From Alphaproteobacteria bacterium (GTDB lineage: Bacteria > Pseudomonadota > Alphaproteobacteria > SHVP01), in assembly GCA_038116985.1 (NCBI GenBank), contig JAYOEZ010000003.1:2091-66090 (forward strand): a stretch of 64,000 nt of DNA. Direction: 5' to 3'. Shown here in pieces: positions 35,144 to 46,110 of the stretch (its first letter is position 1; the number at the start of each line of letters is the position of its first letter). The position numbers were made by a program, and so were the translations under genes. The notes under the pieces were generated by a model. The model was not told the origin of the DNA. It saw only the letters and a program-made list of their open reading frames with translations, and searched no databases.

Positions 35144-35431
35144 ATGTCAAGGCGTTGCGAACTCACCGGAAAAGGCGTCCTGACCGGTAACAACGTCAGC
35201 CACGCGAACAACAAGACGCGGCGGCGGTTTCTGCCCAACATTCAGGAGGTTTCGCTGCTGAGCGATTCGTTGGGCCAGACGTTTCGCCTGCGCATCACCC
35301 GGCATGCCCAACGTTCGGTCGATCATGCCGGCGGTTTGGACGCGTTCCTGATGCGGGCTCGCGACGAGCAGCTCAGCAGCCGGGCGCTCAATCTGAAAAA
35401 GAAGATCGCGCGCACCCAGGCTGCGGCCTAG
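35144..35431 (+). CDS. rpmB: 50S ribosomal protein L28
   Basis: [34 protein letters not shown] is the canonical L28 N-terminus. GAGAGGAAG lies upstream of the ATG at 35144. Confidence 0.95.
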   Translation: MSRRCELTGKGVLTGNNVSHANNKTRRRFLPNIQEVSLLSDSLGQTFRLRITRHAQRSVDHAGGLDAFLMRARDEQLSSRALNLKKKIARTQAAA

Positions 35432-35462
35432 GCCGTCGAAGCACGACGCGGCGGATCGTTCC

Positions 35463-36002
35463 GTGCGTCCCCTGATTCTTCCGATCGTCGCGATGGTCAC
35501 CGTTGTGGTGGCCTCGAACATCCTCGTCCAGTTCGCCATCAACGACTTTCTGACTTGGGCGGCCTTTACCTTCCCGATCGCTTTCCTCGTCACTGATCTG
35601 ACCAATCGGCACTTTGGCCCGGCCAAAGCACGACGCGTCATTTATTTCGGATTCGCCATCGGGATCGTCCTGTCGATCGCATTCGCGGGTGCACGGATCG
35701 GCATGGCGAGCGGCATCGCTTTCCTCGCCGGACAGCTGCTCGACGTTCTCATTTTCGACCGGATGCGGCGCATGAGCTGGTGGCGGGCGCCTTTGGTGTC
35801 TTCAGTATCGGCGTCGGCTCTGGATACGGCCCTGTTCTTCAGCATTGCCTTTGTCGGGACCGGCGTTCCGTGGATCACCCTCGGTCTCGGTGACTTCGCG
35901 GTCAAACTTGGCATGGCAGCGACCTTGTTGGTCCCTTATGGTGCGCTGATGCGGTTGATCACGCCTCTACCTGTTGCCAACGCCGACACGCGCCTGAACT
36001 GA
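35463..36002 (+). CDS. yhhQ: Queuosine-precursor transporter (YhhQ/VUT family, DUF165)
   Basis: 179 aa, multi-[45 protein letters not shown] matches the YhhQ-family signature as I remember it. GTG start. Confidence 0.75.
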   Translation: MRPLILPIVAMVTVVVASNILVQFAINDFLTWAAFTFPIAFLVTDLTNRHFGPAKARRVIYFGFAIGIVLSIAFAGARIGMASGIAFLAGQLLDVLIFDRMRRMSWWRAPLVSSVSASALDTALFFSIAFVGTGVPWITLGLGDFAVKLGMAATLLVPYGALMRLITPLPVANADTRLN

Positions 36003-36003
36003 G

Positions 36004-36645
36004 ATGACGCTGCCGCAAACACTCAGCGTTCTCGATCACCCACTGATCACGCACAAGCTTTCCCTGATGCGCGACAAGTCCTGCTCGACGAAGGACTTCC
36101 GTACGCTGCTCAAGGAGATCGGTCTGCTCATGGGCTACGAGATCACCCGTGACATGCCGCTGCGCGAAGAAATGATCACCACGCCCGTGTCCGACACGAT
36201 GGGGCGCTTCATCGCCGGCAAGAAGGTGGCGATCGTGCCGATCCTGCGCGCGGGCCTGGGCATGGCCGACGGTCTCCTGGAACTGATGCCATCGGCGCGC
36301 GTTGGCCATATTGGCGTCTACCGCGATCCCAGCACGCTGGACGCGGTCGAGTACCTCGTGAAGTTGCCAGAGGTAGAAGGTCGCCTATTCATCGTCGTGG
36401 ATCCGATGCTGGCGACTGGCAACTCTGCGGCCTATGCGCTCGACGTGCTCAACAAGCGTGGCGTGGCCGACAAGGACATTCGGTTCATGGCGCTGGTTGC
36501 CGCTCCTGAAGGTGTGGAGCGTCTGGTGGCGACGCATCCCGACGTTCGCATTTTCGTCGCTGCGCTCGACGAGAAGCTCAACGATCATGCTTATATCGTG
36601 CCCGGCTTGGGCGATGCGGGCGACCGGCTGTTCGGCACCAAGTAG
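36004..36645 (+). CDS. upp: Uracil phosphoribosyltransferase
   Basis: 213 aa with [27 protein letters not shown] motif [14 protein letters not shown], and [17 protein letters not shown] at the C-terminus. Confidence 0.95.
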   Translation: MTLPQTLSVLDHPLITHKLSLMRDKSCSTKDFRTLLKEIGLLMGYEITRDMPLREEMITTPVSDTMGRFIAGKKVAIVPILRAGLGMADGLLELMPSARVGHIGVYRDPSTLDAVEYLVKLPEVEGRLFIVVDPMLATGNSAAYALDVLNKRGVADKDIRFMALVAAPEGVERLVATHPDVRIFVAALDEKLNDHAYIVPGLGDAGDRLFGTK

Positions 36646-36647
36646 CG

Positions 36648-37607
36648 CTAGCCCGGCACCCAGCGAAACGCGAGCAGCAGGTTTCGTTGCAGAAAGCTGA
36701 AGTTGTCGTCGGACAACAGCCAAATGGTGATGGCTCCCGACGCGTCCTCGGAGATCGCAATCCCTTCGAAGTTGTCCGTAACAAGCGGCGCCTCAAATCG
36801 GGCCACTATCTTTCCATCGAGATCGGCGCCGGGGCGGATCGCTTCGGGATCGATCTGCCGAATTCGAGCGCTGAAGCCGCCCAGGCCTGAAAAGCGGCGC
36901 TCCAGAACGAGAACTCCAACGTCCGGATGAAATGCACCGTCGGTCGGCTTCCATCGCGATGACGGGTAGCTTAGGGCCGATGCCCCATTCTCCGTTACGA
37001 GCCAAGCTGCCAGCCTCTCGGATCCCGCCTCCATCTCTTCGCTAATCGCAAGAAGGCGGGCATCGCCCAGCGCCACGAGGGTTTCGATCCCGCCATTGGC
37101 GGGTTGTCGCGCGAGGCGCTCGAGTCCCTCGACGTAGGCCGGCCGGGCCAGGTCTCCGTCGCCCGGGTCATAGAGCCCGATCCGATGGAACCGCTCGAAC
37201 GACACGGCGAGCCGGTCGCCCCAACGCTCGACCGCCTCCGCGTCATGCTCGCCATGCGATATGCGGAGAACTTCGCCACGGCTGCTGAGAATCGGCGAGA
37301 TCGTGGCGCCGTCGACGCCAAGAAAGCGGCCCGTGCCGCTTGTACGAAGATGCGCGCGCACCCAGAATCCGCGGTCGGTGACCGCGATGGCCATGTTCTT
37401 CGAAACAACAAGTCCGGACAGACCGCCAAAGTCCGGATTCGTCGACTTGAGCGCAAAACCACCGAGGTAGCGAAGGGCACCGATACGGTCGCGTTCAGGA
37501 TCGTCGTACTGGAGTTGGACCGGGGCCGCCTCAATCGCCAACGGCTCCGCACCGGCGGGCGAGCCGATCGCGGAAAAGACAGCAATGACCAGAGCGCGAA
37601 GTCGCAT
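36648..37607 (-). CDS. Exported esterase-like-activity-of-phytase family protein
   Basis: Signal peptide (MRLRALVIAVFSAIGSPAGA). Blocks FGGLSGL, DAEAV, NGGIETL, DNFEGIAI and LLSDDNFS are typical of the phytase-like beta-propeller family. Confidence 0.7.
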   Translation of the reverse strand: MRLRALVIAVFSAIGSPAGAEPLAIEAAPVQLQYDDPERDRIGALRYLGGFALKSTNPDFGGLSGLVVSKNMAIAVTDRGFWVRAHLRTSGTGRFLGVDGATISPILSSRGEVLRISHGEHDAEAVERWGDRLAVSFERFHRIGLYDPGDGDLARPAYVEGLERLARQPANGGIETLVALGDARLLAISEEMEAGSERLAAWLVTENGASALSYPSSRWKPTDGAFHPDVGVLVLERRFSGLGGFSARIRQIDPEAIRPGADLDGKIVARFEAPLVTDNFEGIAISEDASGAITIWLLSDDNFSFLQRNLLLAFRWVPG

Positions 37608-37637
37608 GGTCCGCCTGCTAGCTGCAAAGGCGCAGCG

Positions 37638-38321
37638 CTAGTCCACCGGCTTAGGAGGCAGGTCGACCTTGAAATGCCGGCGGAGAATGTCCGCGATGTT
37701 CTCGTAGCAGACGCCGTAGCGGTGGATCGTACAGTTCTCGACGTCGAGCAATGTCGATGACGCGGCATAGGAGTGGTACTTCATCAGGCCGTAGTCGATA
37801 ACGATGTCAGCGATCCCGGTGATCTCAGGCTGCATGTCCTCCACGCGAAACCGCGTTCCGGTCAGCGTCAGATTGGCGGAAGAACCGAATAGGAGGTGTC
37901 CTTTCTCGAAGCTCAGCCGCGTGATCTCAGTATGGAAACGCCCGGAGTTCATTAGCATCAGCAGGGTGTCGCCCTTAGTGCTTCGCTCATAGGTGTCGCG
38001 GTCGAGAGTGTCGAATAGCGGGTGGTCCAGATTGCACGGCGCAATGAGGCCGAGTGGCAGGTCATAGTCCTTGCAGATCGCTTCGTAGATCTCCTGCCCC
38101 CGCGTGCTGACCTTGTGGAGGGCGGCGTGGAGGTCGTCGTTGCCGAGCATGGCGTTGAGCTTGGAAGGCGCGCGCTTCTTGGTCTCGAAAATCTTCTTCA
38201 GCGCCTGGAGCGATCCCCCGATGAGAGAGTAGCCGACGTCCATCGGGAGAATGGCTGTGCCGCCCTTCTGCAGCACGTCGAATGCGCGGGCTGTGTCTTC
38301 TGCAATGTTCAGTACGCTCAT
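37638..38321 (-). CDS. Sua5/YciO/YrdC-family (L-threonylcarbamoyladenylate-synthase-like) protein, divergent
   Basis: 227 aa with GGTAILPMDVGYSLIG (compare the YrdC PTDTVYGL block) and LLFGSSANLTLTG (compare the SANxSG block). It starts 15 nt after the cobT stop on the same strand. Confidence 0.6.
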   Translation of the reverse strand: MSVLNIAEDTARAFDVLQKGGTAILPMDVGYSLIGGSLQALKKIFETKKRAPSKLNAMLGNDDLHAALHKVSTRGQEIYEAICKDYDLPLGLIAPCNLDHPLFDTLDRDTYERSTKGDTLLMLMNSGRFHTEITRLSFEKGHLLFGSSANLTLTGTRFRVEDMQPEITGIADIVIDYGLMKYHSYAASSTLLDVENCTIHRYGVCYENIADILRRHFKVDLPPKPVD

Positions 38322-38336
38322 GACTCTCTTTTGTCC

Positions 38337-40178
38337 TTAGTGTCGGGTTCGGCCGGCGCCAGGCTCTTCGTCGAAGAGCGCGGCCAACTGTTCCATCATC
38401 GCGCCGCCTAGTTGCTCGGCATCCACGATCGTCACTGCGCGGCGATAGTACCGGTTTACGTCGTGCCCGATCCCGATCGCGATGAGTTCGACCGGCGAAC
38501 GCGTCTCGATCCAGTTGATGACCTCGCGCAGGTGGCGATCCAGGTAGTTTCCGGGGTTCACCGACAAGGTCGAGTCATCGACGGGTGCGCCATCGGAAAT
38601 GACCATGAGGATGCGGCGTTGCTCGGGTCTTACCATCAACCTGTGATGCGCCCAGGTGAGTGCCTCGCCGTCGATGTTCTCTTTGAGTAGACCTTCGCGC
38701 AGCATCAGGCCGAGGCCCCGGCGCGCGCGCCGCCATGGCTCGTCGGCCGATTTGTAGACGATGTGCCGCAGATCGTTGAGGCGGCCGGGGTTCAAAGGCT
38801 TGCCGTCGGCCAACCATTTTTCGCGCGACTGGCCGCCTTTCCAGGCGACGGTCGTGAAGCCAAGAATCTCGACGTTCACGCCGCACCGCTCAAGCGTGCG
38901 CGCGAGAATGTCCGCGCACATGGCTGCAACCGTCACTGGCCGCCCACGCATCGAGCCTGAGTTGTCGATCAGCAGTGTTACCACCGTGTCGCGGAAATCG
39001 GTGTCGCGTTCTTTCTTGTAGGAAAGCGAATGCAACGGGTTGACCACGACCCGAGCGAGCCGCGCCGAGTCGAGTAGGCCCTCCTCCAGGTCGAAGTCCC
39101 ATGCCCTTTGCTGCTTGGCAAGCAGGCGGCGTTGAAGACGGTTGGCGAGACGCCCCACTGCGCCCTGTAGATAGTGGAGCTGCTGGTCGAGGTGGCGCCG
39201 CAGTCGGGCGAGTTCGTCGGGATCGCAGAGTTCGGCGGCGTGGACGATCTCGTCGAACGCCGCGGTGTAGGCGCGATAGAGTGGCTCGTTGCGGCCGTGT
39301 GTCGCGTCGTCGGCCCACTCCTCCGGACGGCCTCCTGGCTCGCCCTCGCCGGCCATCTCGCGACGTTCCTCCGCCGAGGTGCCGGCGGCTGATTCGGCCG
39401 CGTCGTCCATTTCCCCGTCGGCCGCATCGTCCCCGACGCTCTGCATGGCGCCGGAGGCTTCGCCTTCGCCGTCGTCGGCGTCGCCCTCCTGCTCCTGATC
39501 GGCGTCCTCGGCGTCTTCCGCTTCCTCCGGCTCGGCCTCCATGGCCTCTTCCTCGGCCAGCTCCAGGTGAGCGATCAGACGACGCGCAACCTGTGCGAAC
39601 GTCCCCTGATCGTCGATGCTTTCCGCAAGGGCGTCGAGGTCCCGCGCCGCCTTGTCGTCGACAGAATCACGCCACGCTTCGACGATGCCGCGCGCCGCGT
39701 CCGGCGCGGGTGCGCCGGTCAGGCGTTCGCGCACGAGAAGGCGCACTGCCTCGGCCAGCGGTGCATCCTCGCGGGACCGAACTTCGGCGTATCCGGACCG
39801 TTCGCAATGTTGGGTGAGCGCGGCGTCCAGGTTCTGCGCGATTCCCTCGAACCGGGTCGCACCGAGCGCCTCGATGCGGGCCAGTTCCACGGCGTCGTAC
39901 ACGGCTTGTGCGGCGGCGCCTTGGGGCCGTCGCCGCGCGTGGAGCTTTGCGTCGTGGTAGCGCAACCGCAGCGCGAAGGAATCGGCGACGCCGCGGACGT
40001 TGCTTACTTCCTTGGCATTGAGATCGCGCGCGGGTTGGGGCAACCGGACGCCGCCATCTCTGACCCCTGGCGTTTCGACGCCGAACGTCACGTCGAGATC
40101 CTTGGTGGCCGAAATTGCGCGCGTCGCCGCGCCGACCGCGCGCTTGAAGTTCTCGAGCGGGCTTCGGCTTTCCGTCAC
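38337..40178 (-). CDS. cobT: Cobaltochelatase subunit CobT-like (acidic linker + vWA domain)
   Basis: 613 aa with a long Asp/Glu-rich tract and a C-terminal vWA with MIDAS motif ([11 protein letters not shown]). It directly follows cobS. Confidence 0.85.
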   Translation of the reverse strand: MTESRSPLENFKRAVGAATRAISATKDLDVTFGVETPGVRDGGVRLPQPARDLNAKEVSNVRGVADSFALRLRYHDAKLHARRRPQGAAAQAVYDAVELARIEALGATRFEGIAQNLDAALTQHCERSGYAEVRSREDAPLAEAVRLLVRERLTGAPAPDAARGIVEAWRDSVDDKAARDLDALAESIDDQGTFAQVARRLIAHLELAEEEAMEAEPEEAEDAEDADQEQEGDADDGEGEASGAMQSVGDDAADGEMDDAAESAAGTSAEERREMAGEGEPGGRPEEWADDATHGRNEPLYRAYTAAFDEIVHAAELCDPDELARLRRHLDQQLHYLQGAVGRLANRLQRRLLAKQQRAWDFDLEEGLLDSARLARVVVNPLHSLSYKKERDTDFRDTVVTLLIDNSGSMRGRPVTVAAMCADILARTLERCGVNVEILGFTTVAWKGGQSREKWLADGKPLNPGRLNDLRHIVYKSADEPWRRARRGLGLMLREGLLKENIDGEALTWAHHRLMVRPEQRRILMVISDGAPVDDSTLSVNPGNYLDRHLREVINWIETRSPVELIAIGIGHDVNRYYRRAVTIVDAEQLGGAMMEQLAALFDEEPGAGRTRH

Positions 40179-40180
40179 CG

Positions 40181-41185
40181 TCAGTTGGGCTTTGCCGCCG
40201 CGGCGCTCTCGGGCAGGTCTTCGCCGAAGCAGCGTTGGTAGTACTCCGCGATCAGCGGGCGTTCCATCTCATCGCACTTGTTGGCGAAGGTGAGGCGAAA
40301 TGCAAAGCCTACATCGCCGAAGATCTGCGCGTTCTCGGCCCAAGTGATCACCGTTCGCGGCGACATCACGGTGGAAATGTCGCCGGTCCGAAAACCGCTG
40401 CGCGACAATTCTGCGACCCGCACCATCTTGTCCACGGTCCCACGGCCCTCGTCGGTATCGTATTCCGGAACCTTGGCCAGAACGATCGCCACTTCCTCAT
40501 CGTGGTCGAGGTAGTTCAATGTGACAACGAGGTTCCAGCGATCCATCTGGCCTTGGTTGATCTGCTGGGTGCCGTGATAGAGGCCGGTCGTGTCGCCCAG
40601 GCCGATCGTGTTCGCCGTGGCGAACAGACGGAACGCCGAGTGCGGACGAATCACCCTGTTCTGATCCAGCAGCGTCATCTTGCCTTCGGCTTCGAGCACG
40701 CGCTGGATCACGAACATGACGTCGGCGCGGCCCGCGTCGTACTCGTCGAACACCAGCGCCGTTGCTGTTTGCAGTGCCCAGGGAAGGATGCCTTCGCGGA
40801 ACTCGGTGATCTGCTTGCCGTCGCGGATGACGATCGCATCCTTGCCGATCAGATCGATCCTGCTGATGTGACTATCCAGGTTGACGCGGATGCAGGGCCA
40901 GTTGAGCCTGGCCGCGACCTGCTCGATGTGGGTCGATTTGCCCGTGCCGTGCAGGCCTTGGATCATGACCTTCCGGTTGTATTTGAAGCCGGCCAGGATC
41001 GCGAGTGTGGTGTCGTGATCGAAGCGATAGGCTTCGTCGATATCGGGCACGTATTCGTTCGGCTGTGAGAAGGCAGGGACCGTTAGGTCGCTGTCCAGCC
41101 CGAATACCTGTCGGGCAGAGACATCGATGTCGGGCACGTGGTTCGGGTCCTTGGCCGCAGCCAGCGTTTCTTCGTTGTTCTCCAA
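40181..41185 (-). CDS. cobS: Cobaltochelatase subunit CobS-like AAA+ ATPase
   Basis: 334 aa with Walker [29 protein letters not shown] and Walker B LVFDEYD. MoxR/CobS-type. Confidence 0.9.
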   Translation of the reverse strand: MENNEETLAAAKDPNHVPDIDVSARQVFGLDSDLTVPAFSQPNEYVPDIDEAYRFDHDTTLAILAGFKYNRKVMIQGLHGTGKSTHIEQVAARLNWPCIRVNLDSHISRIDLIGKDAIVIRDGKQITEFREGILPWALQTATALVFDEYDAGRADVMFVIQRVLEAEGKMTLLDQNRVIRPHSAFRLFATANTIGLGDTTGLYHGTQQINQGQMDRWNLVVTLNYLDHDEEVAIVLAKVPEYDTDEGRGTVDKMVRVAELSRSGFRTGDISTVMSPRTVITWAENAQIFGDVGFAFRLTFANKCDEMERPLIAEYYQRCFGEDLPESAAAAKPN

Positions 41186-41208
41186 GGTCTTGGTCCTAAT
41201 CGCGTGGC

Positions 41209-41793
41209 CTAGGCGTGGCCGTTCGACAAAAGGTACGAGTAAGCCTCGTTGATACGCTTCAGGCGTTCCTCGGCATCTTTGTTGCCGCCATTGAGGTCCG
41301 GATGAAAGCGTTTCGCCAGTTCCTTATAGCGGATTTTGACTTCGCGGGGAGTGGCTTCGCTGGATAGTCCAAGCCGCCGGAGCGCCTTTGCAACGGGCGC
41401 AGAAACCCTTCGCTGAGGCCGACCTGCGGCCAATCCGTCCAGTCCCAGCGGACGGTCGCGAAACAGCCCGAACTGGTCGTCGATCCCTTCGAGATTGAAG
41501 GTCTTTTCCTCTTTGCCGCCCTTGAGGCCCTTCTTGCCGGAAACGGTCCAGGTTGGGCGGTGCCAGGTGTTGCTGGCGTGGCGATAAGCGGCTACCTCGT
41601 CGTCGGACATGCCCGCGAAGTAGTTCCACGACTTGTTGTATTCGCGCACATGGTCGAGGCAGAACCAGTAGTACTCAACCGGCTCTGTCCGAGACTTCGG
41701 CGCCCGATGACTCCCTTCAGCCTCGCAGCCGGGGTGGTCGCAGGGTCGCGTCGTGGGTGTTTCACGAATTGTTTCGCGCGGGTCGAAAGGCAT
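41209..41793 (-). CDS. J-domain (DnaJ-like) protein
   Basis: I chose the ATG at 41793 (MPFDPRETI...). C-terminal J domain with HPD ([35 protein letters not shown]). N-terminal Cys/His region is [15 protein letters not shown]...WFCLDH. Confidence 0.8.
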   Translation of the reverse strand: MPFDPRETIRETPTTRPCDHPGCEAEGSHRAPKSRTEPVEYYWFCLDHVREYNKSWNYFAGMSDDEVAAYRHASNTWHRPTWTVSGKKGLKGGKEEKTFNLEGIDDQFGLFRDRPLGLDGLAAGRPQRRVSAPVAKALRRLGLSSEATPREVKIRYKELAKRFHPDLNGGNKDAEERLKRINEAYSYLLSNGHA

Positions 41794-41843
41794 CCGTCCA
41801 GTATGATAAATCGCCTCAATCAGAGCAACGCCGGGAGTTAGAC

Positions 41844-42116
41844 ATGGGCAGAGCAGAGCGAATTCGCAAACTGTTGGACGCACTGGAGCCCACCCGTCTG
41901 GAGCTTGTTGACGATTCGGCCAAGCATCAGGGGCACTCCGGCTGGAGGGAAGGCGGAGAAACCCACTATCAGCTCACAATCGCCTCGCAGGCTTTCGACG
42001 GAAAATCCAAGGTCCAGCGGCAGCGGCTGGTCTATCGCGCTCTTTCGGAAGAGTTCTCGAGCGGCCTGCACGCGCTCTCGATCACGGCCCTGACCCCGGA
42101 AGAGGGTGACGCATAG
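41844..42116 (+). CDS. bolA: BolA-family protein
   Basis: The ATG at 41844 gives 90 aa: RIRKLLDALEPTRLELVDDSAKHQGHSG...HYQLTIASQAFDGKSKVQRQRLVYRAL, a typical BolA sequence. Confidence 0.85.
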   Translation: MGRAERIRKLLDALEPTRLELVDDSAKHQGHSGWREGGETHYQLTIASQAFDGKSKVQRQRLVYRALSEEFSSGLHALSITALTPEEGDA

Positions 42117-42995
42117 TCAAAGAACGAGTAGCAGGAAGAAGGGCATCGTAGCGAAGGAAATGACGGTCGATACGATGATAGCGGCCGCGATCTCCTCTGG
42201 CTCGCGGTTGTACTTCAGAGCGAAGACATAGTTGAAGATCGCCACCGGCATCGCCGACTGAAGCAGAAGGACCCCGCGTGCGGTGCCTTCCAGTCCGAAG
42301 AGTTCCACGACAAGAAGCCCAGCGGCGAGGCCGCCGGCAAGACGCCCGACGGCGAGACCTACGCTTCGGTGAACGCGCTTGACCCTCATTCGAGCCAGAG
42401 AAACGCCGAGTGTGAGCAGCATCAACGGAACGACGAGAGAGGCCAAGAGGTCGACCGTGTTCGTGATCCATTCCGGCAGCGCGGTTCTCGTCAGCATGAA
42501 GGGGAGCGAGGCGAGAACGCCCCACACGACGGGCGTGCGTACTAACTGTCTGGCCTGCACACCGCCGGCGTGGATCGATACACCCACAGTGAATTGTGCA
42601 ACCGAGTGTACGGCAAAGGCTGCGACTGCCAGCGCCAGGCCCTCGTCCCCGAAGGCAAAGAACGCAAGGGGTATGCCCATGTTGCCAAGATTGCCGAACA
42701 TGACTCCCGGCAGATAGCTTGACTGTGGCAGCCGCAGCAGGAAGTGAAACACAAGAGCGCCGCCGATGGCGACGAGTGTCAGGACGAGAAGATATGCGCC
42801 GGCGACCGAACTTAGCGCGGAGAGCGAGACGTCGAGCCGTGTCAAAGACGAAAAAACGAGGCATGGCGTCGCAATGGTCAATACGATCCCGGTCACGAAT
42901 TCGGTGTCGAAACCGCGCCCCGACCTTACCCAGGCGAAACCGATCGCTGCGGTGAGAAAAACCGGCGCAACGATTGCGAAAAGGTCTGCGGTCAA
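42117..42995 (-). CDS. AEC (auxin-efflux-carrier) family transporter
   Basis: 292 aa, about 9-10 TM segments, with N- and C-terminal blocks typical of the Mem_trans family (IVAPVFLTAAIGF..., MPVAIFNYVFALKY). Confidence 0.75.
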   Translation of the reverse strand: MTADLFAIVAPVFLTAAIGFAWVRSGRGFDTEFVTGIVLTIATPCLVFSSLTRLDVSLSALSSVAGAYLLVLTLVAIGGALVFHFLLRLPQSSYLPGVMFGNLGNMGIPLAFFAFGDEGLALAVAAFAVHSVAQFTVGVSIHAGGVQARQLVRTPVVWGVLASLPFMLTRTALPEWITNTVDLLASLVVPLMLLTLGVSLARMRVKRVHRSVGLAVGRLAGGLAAGLLVVELFGLEGTARGVLLLQSAMPVAIFNYVFALKYNREPEEIAAAIIVSTVISFATMPFFLLLVL

Positions 42996-43026
42996 GTTGG
43001 AGACTCCGGTCGGCCTACGCCGAAAT

Positions 43027-44298
43027 TCATGCCGTTTTCAGCTGTGTCAGGCGCAACAGCGTGATCTGATTCCGCTCGCGTCGCACGACTTCGAAGCGCG
43101 TGTTGTAGTACTGGAACACTTGGCCAACGTCGGGGATCGACTGTGACTCGTGGATCACGAGACCGGCCACTGTCACCGCCTCTTCGTCGGGCAATGTCCA
43201 GCCGCGATCCCGGTTCAGGTCGCGGATGGTGACCGTACCCTCGACAATGACGCTGCCGTCAGGTTGCTGGCGAATGCCGCGGTGTGCGACGTCGTATTCG
43301 TCTGCGATCGGCCCGACGATCTCTTCGAGGATATCTTCAAGGGTAACCATGCCCATGAGCGCGCCGTACTCGTCGACCACCAGCGCGAAGTGCTGTCGAC
43401 GGTCACGGAAGGCGGCCATCTGCTCGATCAACGTCGTGGTCTCGGGGATGAACCACGGATCCGTCGCAATCTTCATGGGTTCGATCTTGGACGGGTTGCC
43501 ACCGGCCGCGACGAGGGCGCGGAGGACGTCCTTGGCATGCAGCACGCCGACAATGTTCTCTGATTCGTCCTTCCAAAGCGGAAGCCGCGTGTAGGGGCTG
43601 CTGAGGACCTCACTGACGATCGCTTCGACCGGCTGGTTCGCGTCCACCATGTTCATGTTGCTGCGATGAATCATGACGTCTTGGACGCTGTTCTCGCTGA
43701 GATCGAAGATGCCATGCAGCATGTCGCTCTCATGCTTGACGAGGCCGCCTTCGTCAGCATGCAGCTGGATTGCGCTGCGCAGTTCTTCCTGGGGTGAGAC
43801 CAGCAGAGACTGGCCGGCCCGTCTGTCGCCGAAGGCGCGAAGGACCAGTGAAACCACCCATTCGACGGCCACCACGAACGGCGTCAAAGCGAAAACGGTT
43901 GCCCGGACGAATGGCGCGACGCGAAGCGACGTGCGCGTCGGATGCCGCAACGCATAGGTCTTCGGCAGCACTTCTGCGAAGATCAGGACCAATGCGGTCA
44001 TGCCGAGCGTGGCGTAGGCGATGCCGGCATCGCCGAAGATGCCGATCAGAGCGCTTGTCGCCAGCGCCGACGCCAGGATGTTGACGAGGTTGTTGCCCAG
44101 CAAGATCGAGCCGATCAGGCGTTCGCGTGCGTCGATCAGCCTTATCACCGCCTTGGCTCGGCGATTTCCCTGTTTGTCGAGATGCGTGATCCGTGGCCGC
44201 GATGCTGCGGTCAAGGCGGTTTCGGATCCCGAGAACAAGCCGGAGAGGAAGAGCAGAACAACGATCGCCACGATCGTGATGACAAGTTCGATGCCCAT
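43027..44298 (-). CDS. HlyC/CorC (CNNM) family transporter: DUF21 + CBS pair + CorC_HlyC
   Basis: 423 aa with DUF21 TM region (LSGLFSGSETALTA), CBS pair (VQDVMIHRSNM..., PLWKDESENIVGVLHAKD) and a C-terminal transporter-associated domain. Confidence 0.85.
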   Translation of the reverse strand: MGIELVITIVAIVVLLFLSGLFSGSETALTAASRPRITHLDKQGNRRAKAVIRLIDARERLIGSILLGNNLVNILASALATSALIGIFGDAGIAYATLGMTALVLIFAEVLPKTYALRHPTRTSLRVAPFVRATVFALTPFVVAVEWVVSLVLRAFGDRRAGQSLLVSPQEELRSAIQLHADEGGLVKHESDMLHGIFDLSENSVQDVMIHRSNMNMVDANQPVEAIVSEVLSSPYTRLPLWKDESENIVGVLHAKDVLRALVAAGGNPSKIEPMKIATDPWFIPETTTLIEQMAAFRDRRQHFALVVDEYGALMGMVTLEDILEEIVGPIADEYDVAHRGIRQQPDGSVIVEGTVTIRDLNRDRGWTLPDEEAVTVAGLVIHESQSIPDVGQVFQYYNTRFEVVRRERNQITLLRLTQLKTA

Positions 44299-45410
44299 CA
44301 GTCGGCCCCGCAGGCGCGCATCGCCGCCAGGACGGCATCCCGGTCGACTCCGCGTTCGACGAAGGCATCGCCCAGTGTTCGCAGCAAAACGAAAGCGATC
44401 TTGCCGGCAGTAACCTTTTTGTCCTGGCTCATATGGGCATAGAGCTCCTGCGCGCTCGCGGAGACGCCTAGGTCCGCCATGGTTGTGGGAAGATCGGCGG
44501 CCTCGAAGTGCCTGACCGCGCGTGCTGTTTCGTCGAAGCCATATTCTTGCGAGAGGTTCATGGCCATGACCATGCCAACCGCCACGGCCTCGCCATGAAG
44601 AACCTTGTCGCCCTCGTAGCCCACTGCAACTTCAATCGCATGGCCGAAGGTATGCCCAAGATTCAGCAGGGCGCGCTCACCCGATGTTTCGAACTCGTCG
44701 GCTTCGACGACCGCGGCCTTGGTTCGACAGCTTACCGTTATTGCGTGCGCCAGTGCCTCTGCATCGCCCGCGAGGACGGACCGACCGTGTTCCTCCAACC
44801 AGGAGAAGAACCCTTCATCGCGAATCAGGCCGTACTTCACGATCTCGGCGTAGCCCGCCCGCATCTGCCGGGCAGGTAGCGTGGCAAGTACGTCGAGGTC
44901 GATCAGCACCAGAGATGGCTGGTGGAACGCGCCGATCAGGTTCTTGCCAAACCGCGTGTCGATCCCGGTCTTGCCGCCCACTGAGCTGTCGACCTGCGAT
45001 AGCAACGTTGTCGGAACCTGCACGATCCGAACGCCGCGCTTAAGGATGCTGGCGGCAAATCCGGCGATATCGCCGATCACGCCGCCCCCAAGGGCGACGA
45101 CGAGATCGTCCCGGCCTATTTCGGTCTCGAGAAGCGAGTCGAGAAGGCCTCCGAGGTGATTCAGGTCCTTCGTGCTCTCGCCGGGGGGCAGCACGATTTG
45201 CGCGGCTTCGATTCCCGCGCCGGCAATGGCAATCTTCAAGGCGTTCAAATGCAATGCTGCGACGGTCTCGTCGGAGACGATGGCGCATTTGCGCGCGCCG
45301 GTGGCCTGTGCAATCGCAGAACCGGCTGTGGCCACGAGGCCCTTGCCGACATGTATCTGGTAGCGTTTGCCCGGCAGGCCGACCTCTATGATCTCGCGGG
45401 GCGCGTTCAC
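44298..45410 (-). CDS. aroB: 3-dehydroquinate synthase
   Basis: 370 aa with GGGVIGDIAGFAA, VQVPTTLLSQVDSSVGGKTGI and GHTFGHAIE blocks. Confidence 0.95.
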   Translation of the reverse strand: MNAPREIIEVGLPGKRYQIHVGKGLVATAGSAIAQATGARKCAIVSDETVAALHLNALKIAIAGAGIEAAQIVLPPGESTKDLNHLGGLLDSLLETEIGRDDLVVALGGGVIGDIAGFAASILKRGVRIVQVPTTLLSQVDSSVGGKTGIDTRFGKNLIGAFHQPSLVLIDLDVLATLPARQMRAGYAEIVKYGLIRDEGFFSWLEEHGRSVLAGDAEALAHAITVSCRTKAAVVEADEFETSGERALLNLGHTFGHAIEVAVGYEGDKVLHGEAVAVGMVMAMNLSQEYGFDETARAVRHFEAADLPTTMADLGVSASAQELYAHMSQDKKVTAGKIAFVLLRTLGDAFVERGVDRDAVLAAMRACGAD

Positions 45411-45964
45411 TCTTTCTCGGATTCCTTCAACGATGCCACGATCGCGTCGACGACCTTTTCGACGGCAGTGTCGCCGCTGTCGACGACAATGTCAGCCTCT
45501 GCGTAGATCGGGTCACGCTCCGTCATCAACATGCTGAGCGTGTCTCGTGGATCTCCTTCGCGCAGCAGCGGCCGATTGTCGTTGCGTCTGACGCGCTTGA
45601 GGATTGTATCCAAATCGGCCCTCAGCCAGATCGACGTAGCCTTGTCGTGGATACGCTTTCGCGTTTCGGCGTCGATGAAGGCGCCGCCGCCTGTGGCGAC
45701 GACGCTTGGGCCCTCATCGAGGATGCGCTTTAGGACACGGCGCTCTCCTTCCCGAAAGGCGGCCTCGCCATGGAACTCGAAGATGTCCGAAATCGAACAG
45801 CCTGCCGCCTTCTCGATTTCGGCGTCGGCATCGACGAAAGGCAGGGACAAACGCTTGGCCAAGCGGCGTCCGACCGTACTCTTTCCGACCCCCATAAGCC
45901 CAACCAGTACAAGCGGCCGCGTCTTGGGCCGGGGCGCGCTGCGCGCTTTTCTGGTTCTTGCCAT
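45407..45964 (-). CDS. aroK: Shikimate kinase
   Basis: I chose the ATG at 45964. P-loop LVGLMGVGKSTVGRRLA. Overlaps the aroB start. Confidence 0.9.
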   Translation of the reverse strand: MARTRKARSAPRPKTRPLVLVGLMGVGKSTVGRRLAKRLSLPFVDADAEIEKAAGCSISDIFEFHGEAAFREGERRVLKRILDEGPSVVATGGGAFIDAETRKRIHDKATSIWLRADLDTILKRVRRNDNRPLLREGDPRDTLSMLMTERDPIYAEADIVVDSGDTAVEKVVDAIVASLKESEKE

Positions 45965-46110
45965 GGAAACTTGAAGATGCGTGCTCGTTTGAAAGCGAAA
46001 TTGGCACCCTATAGAATGCCCCGAGATCGCCATAATTTGTCTGATTATAGCGGTCTTGGCGCGTCGCCTTGAAGTGGCGCGTTAGGTGCCTTCCTGAAGA
46101 GAAGAGGACC

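Noticed and set aside
39324-39566. Long Asp/Glu/Ala low-complexity tract inside cobT
   Set aside because: An acidic linker between the N-terminal domain and the vWA domain is a normal CobT feature. It is not a separate element or an assembly artefact.
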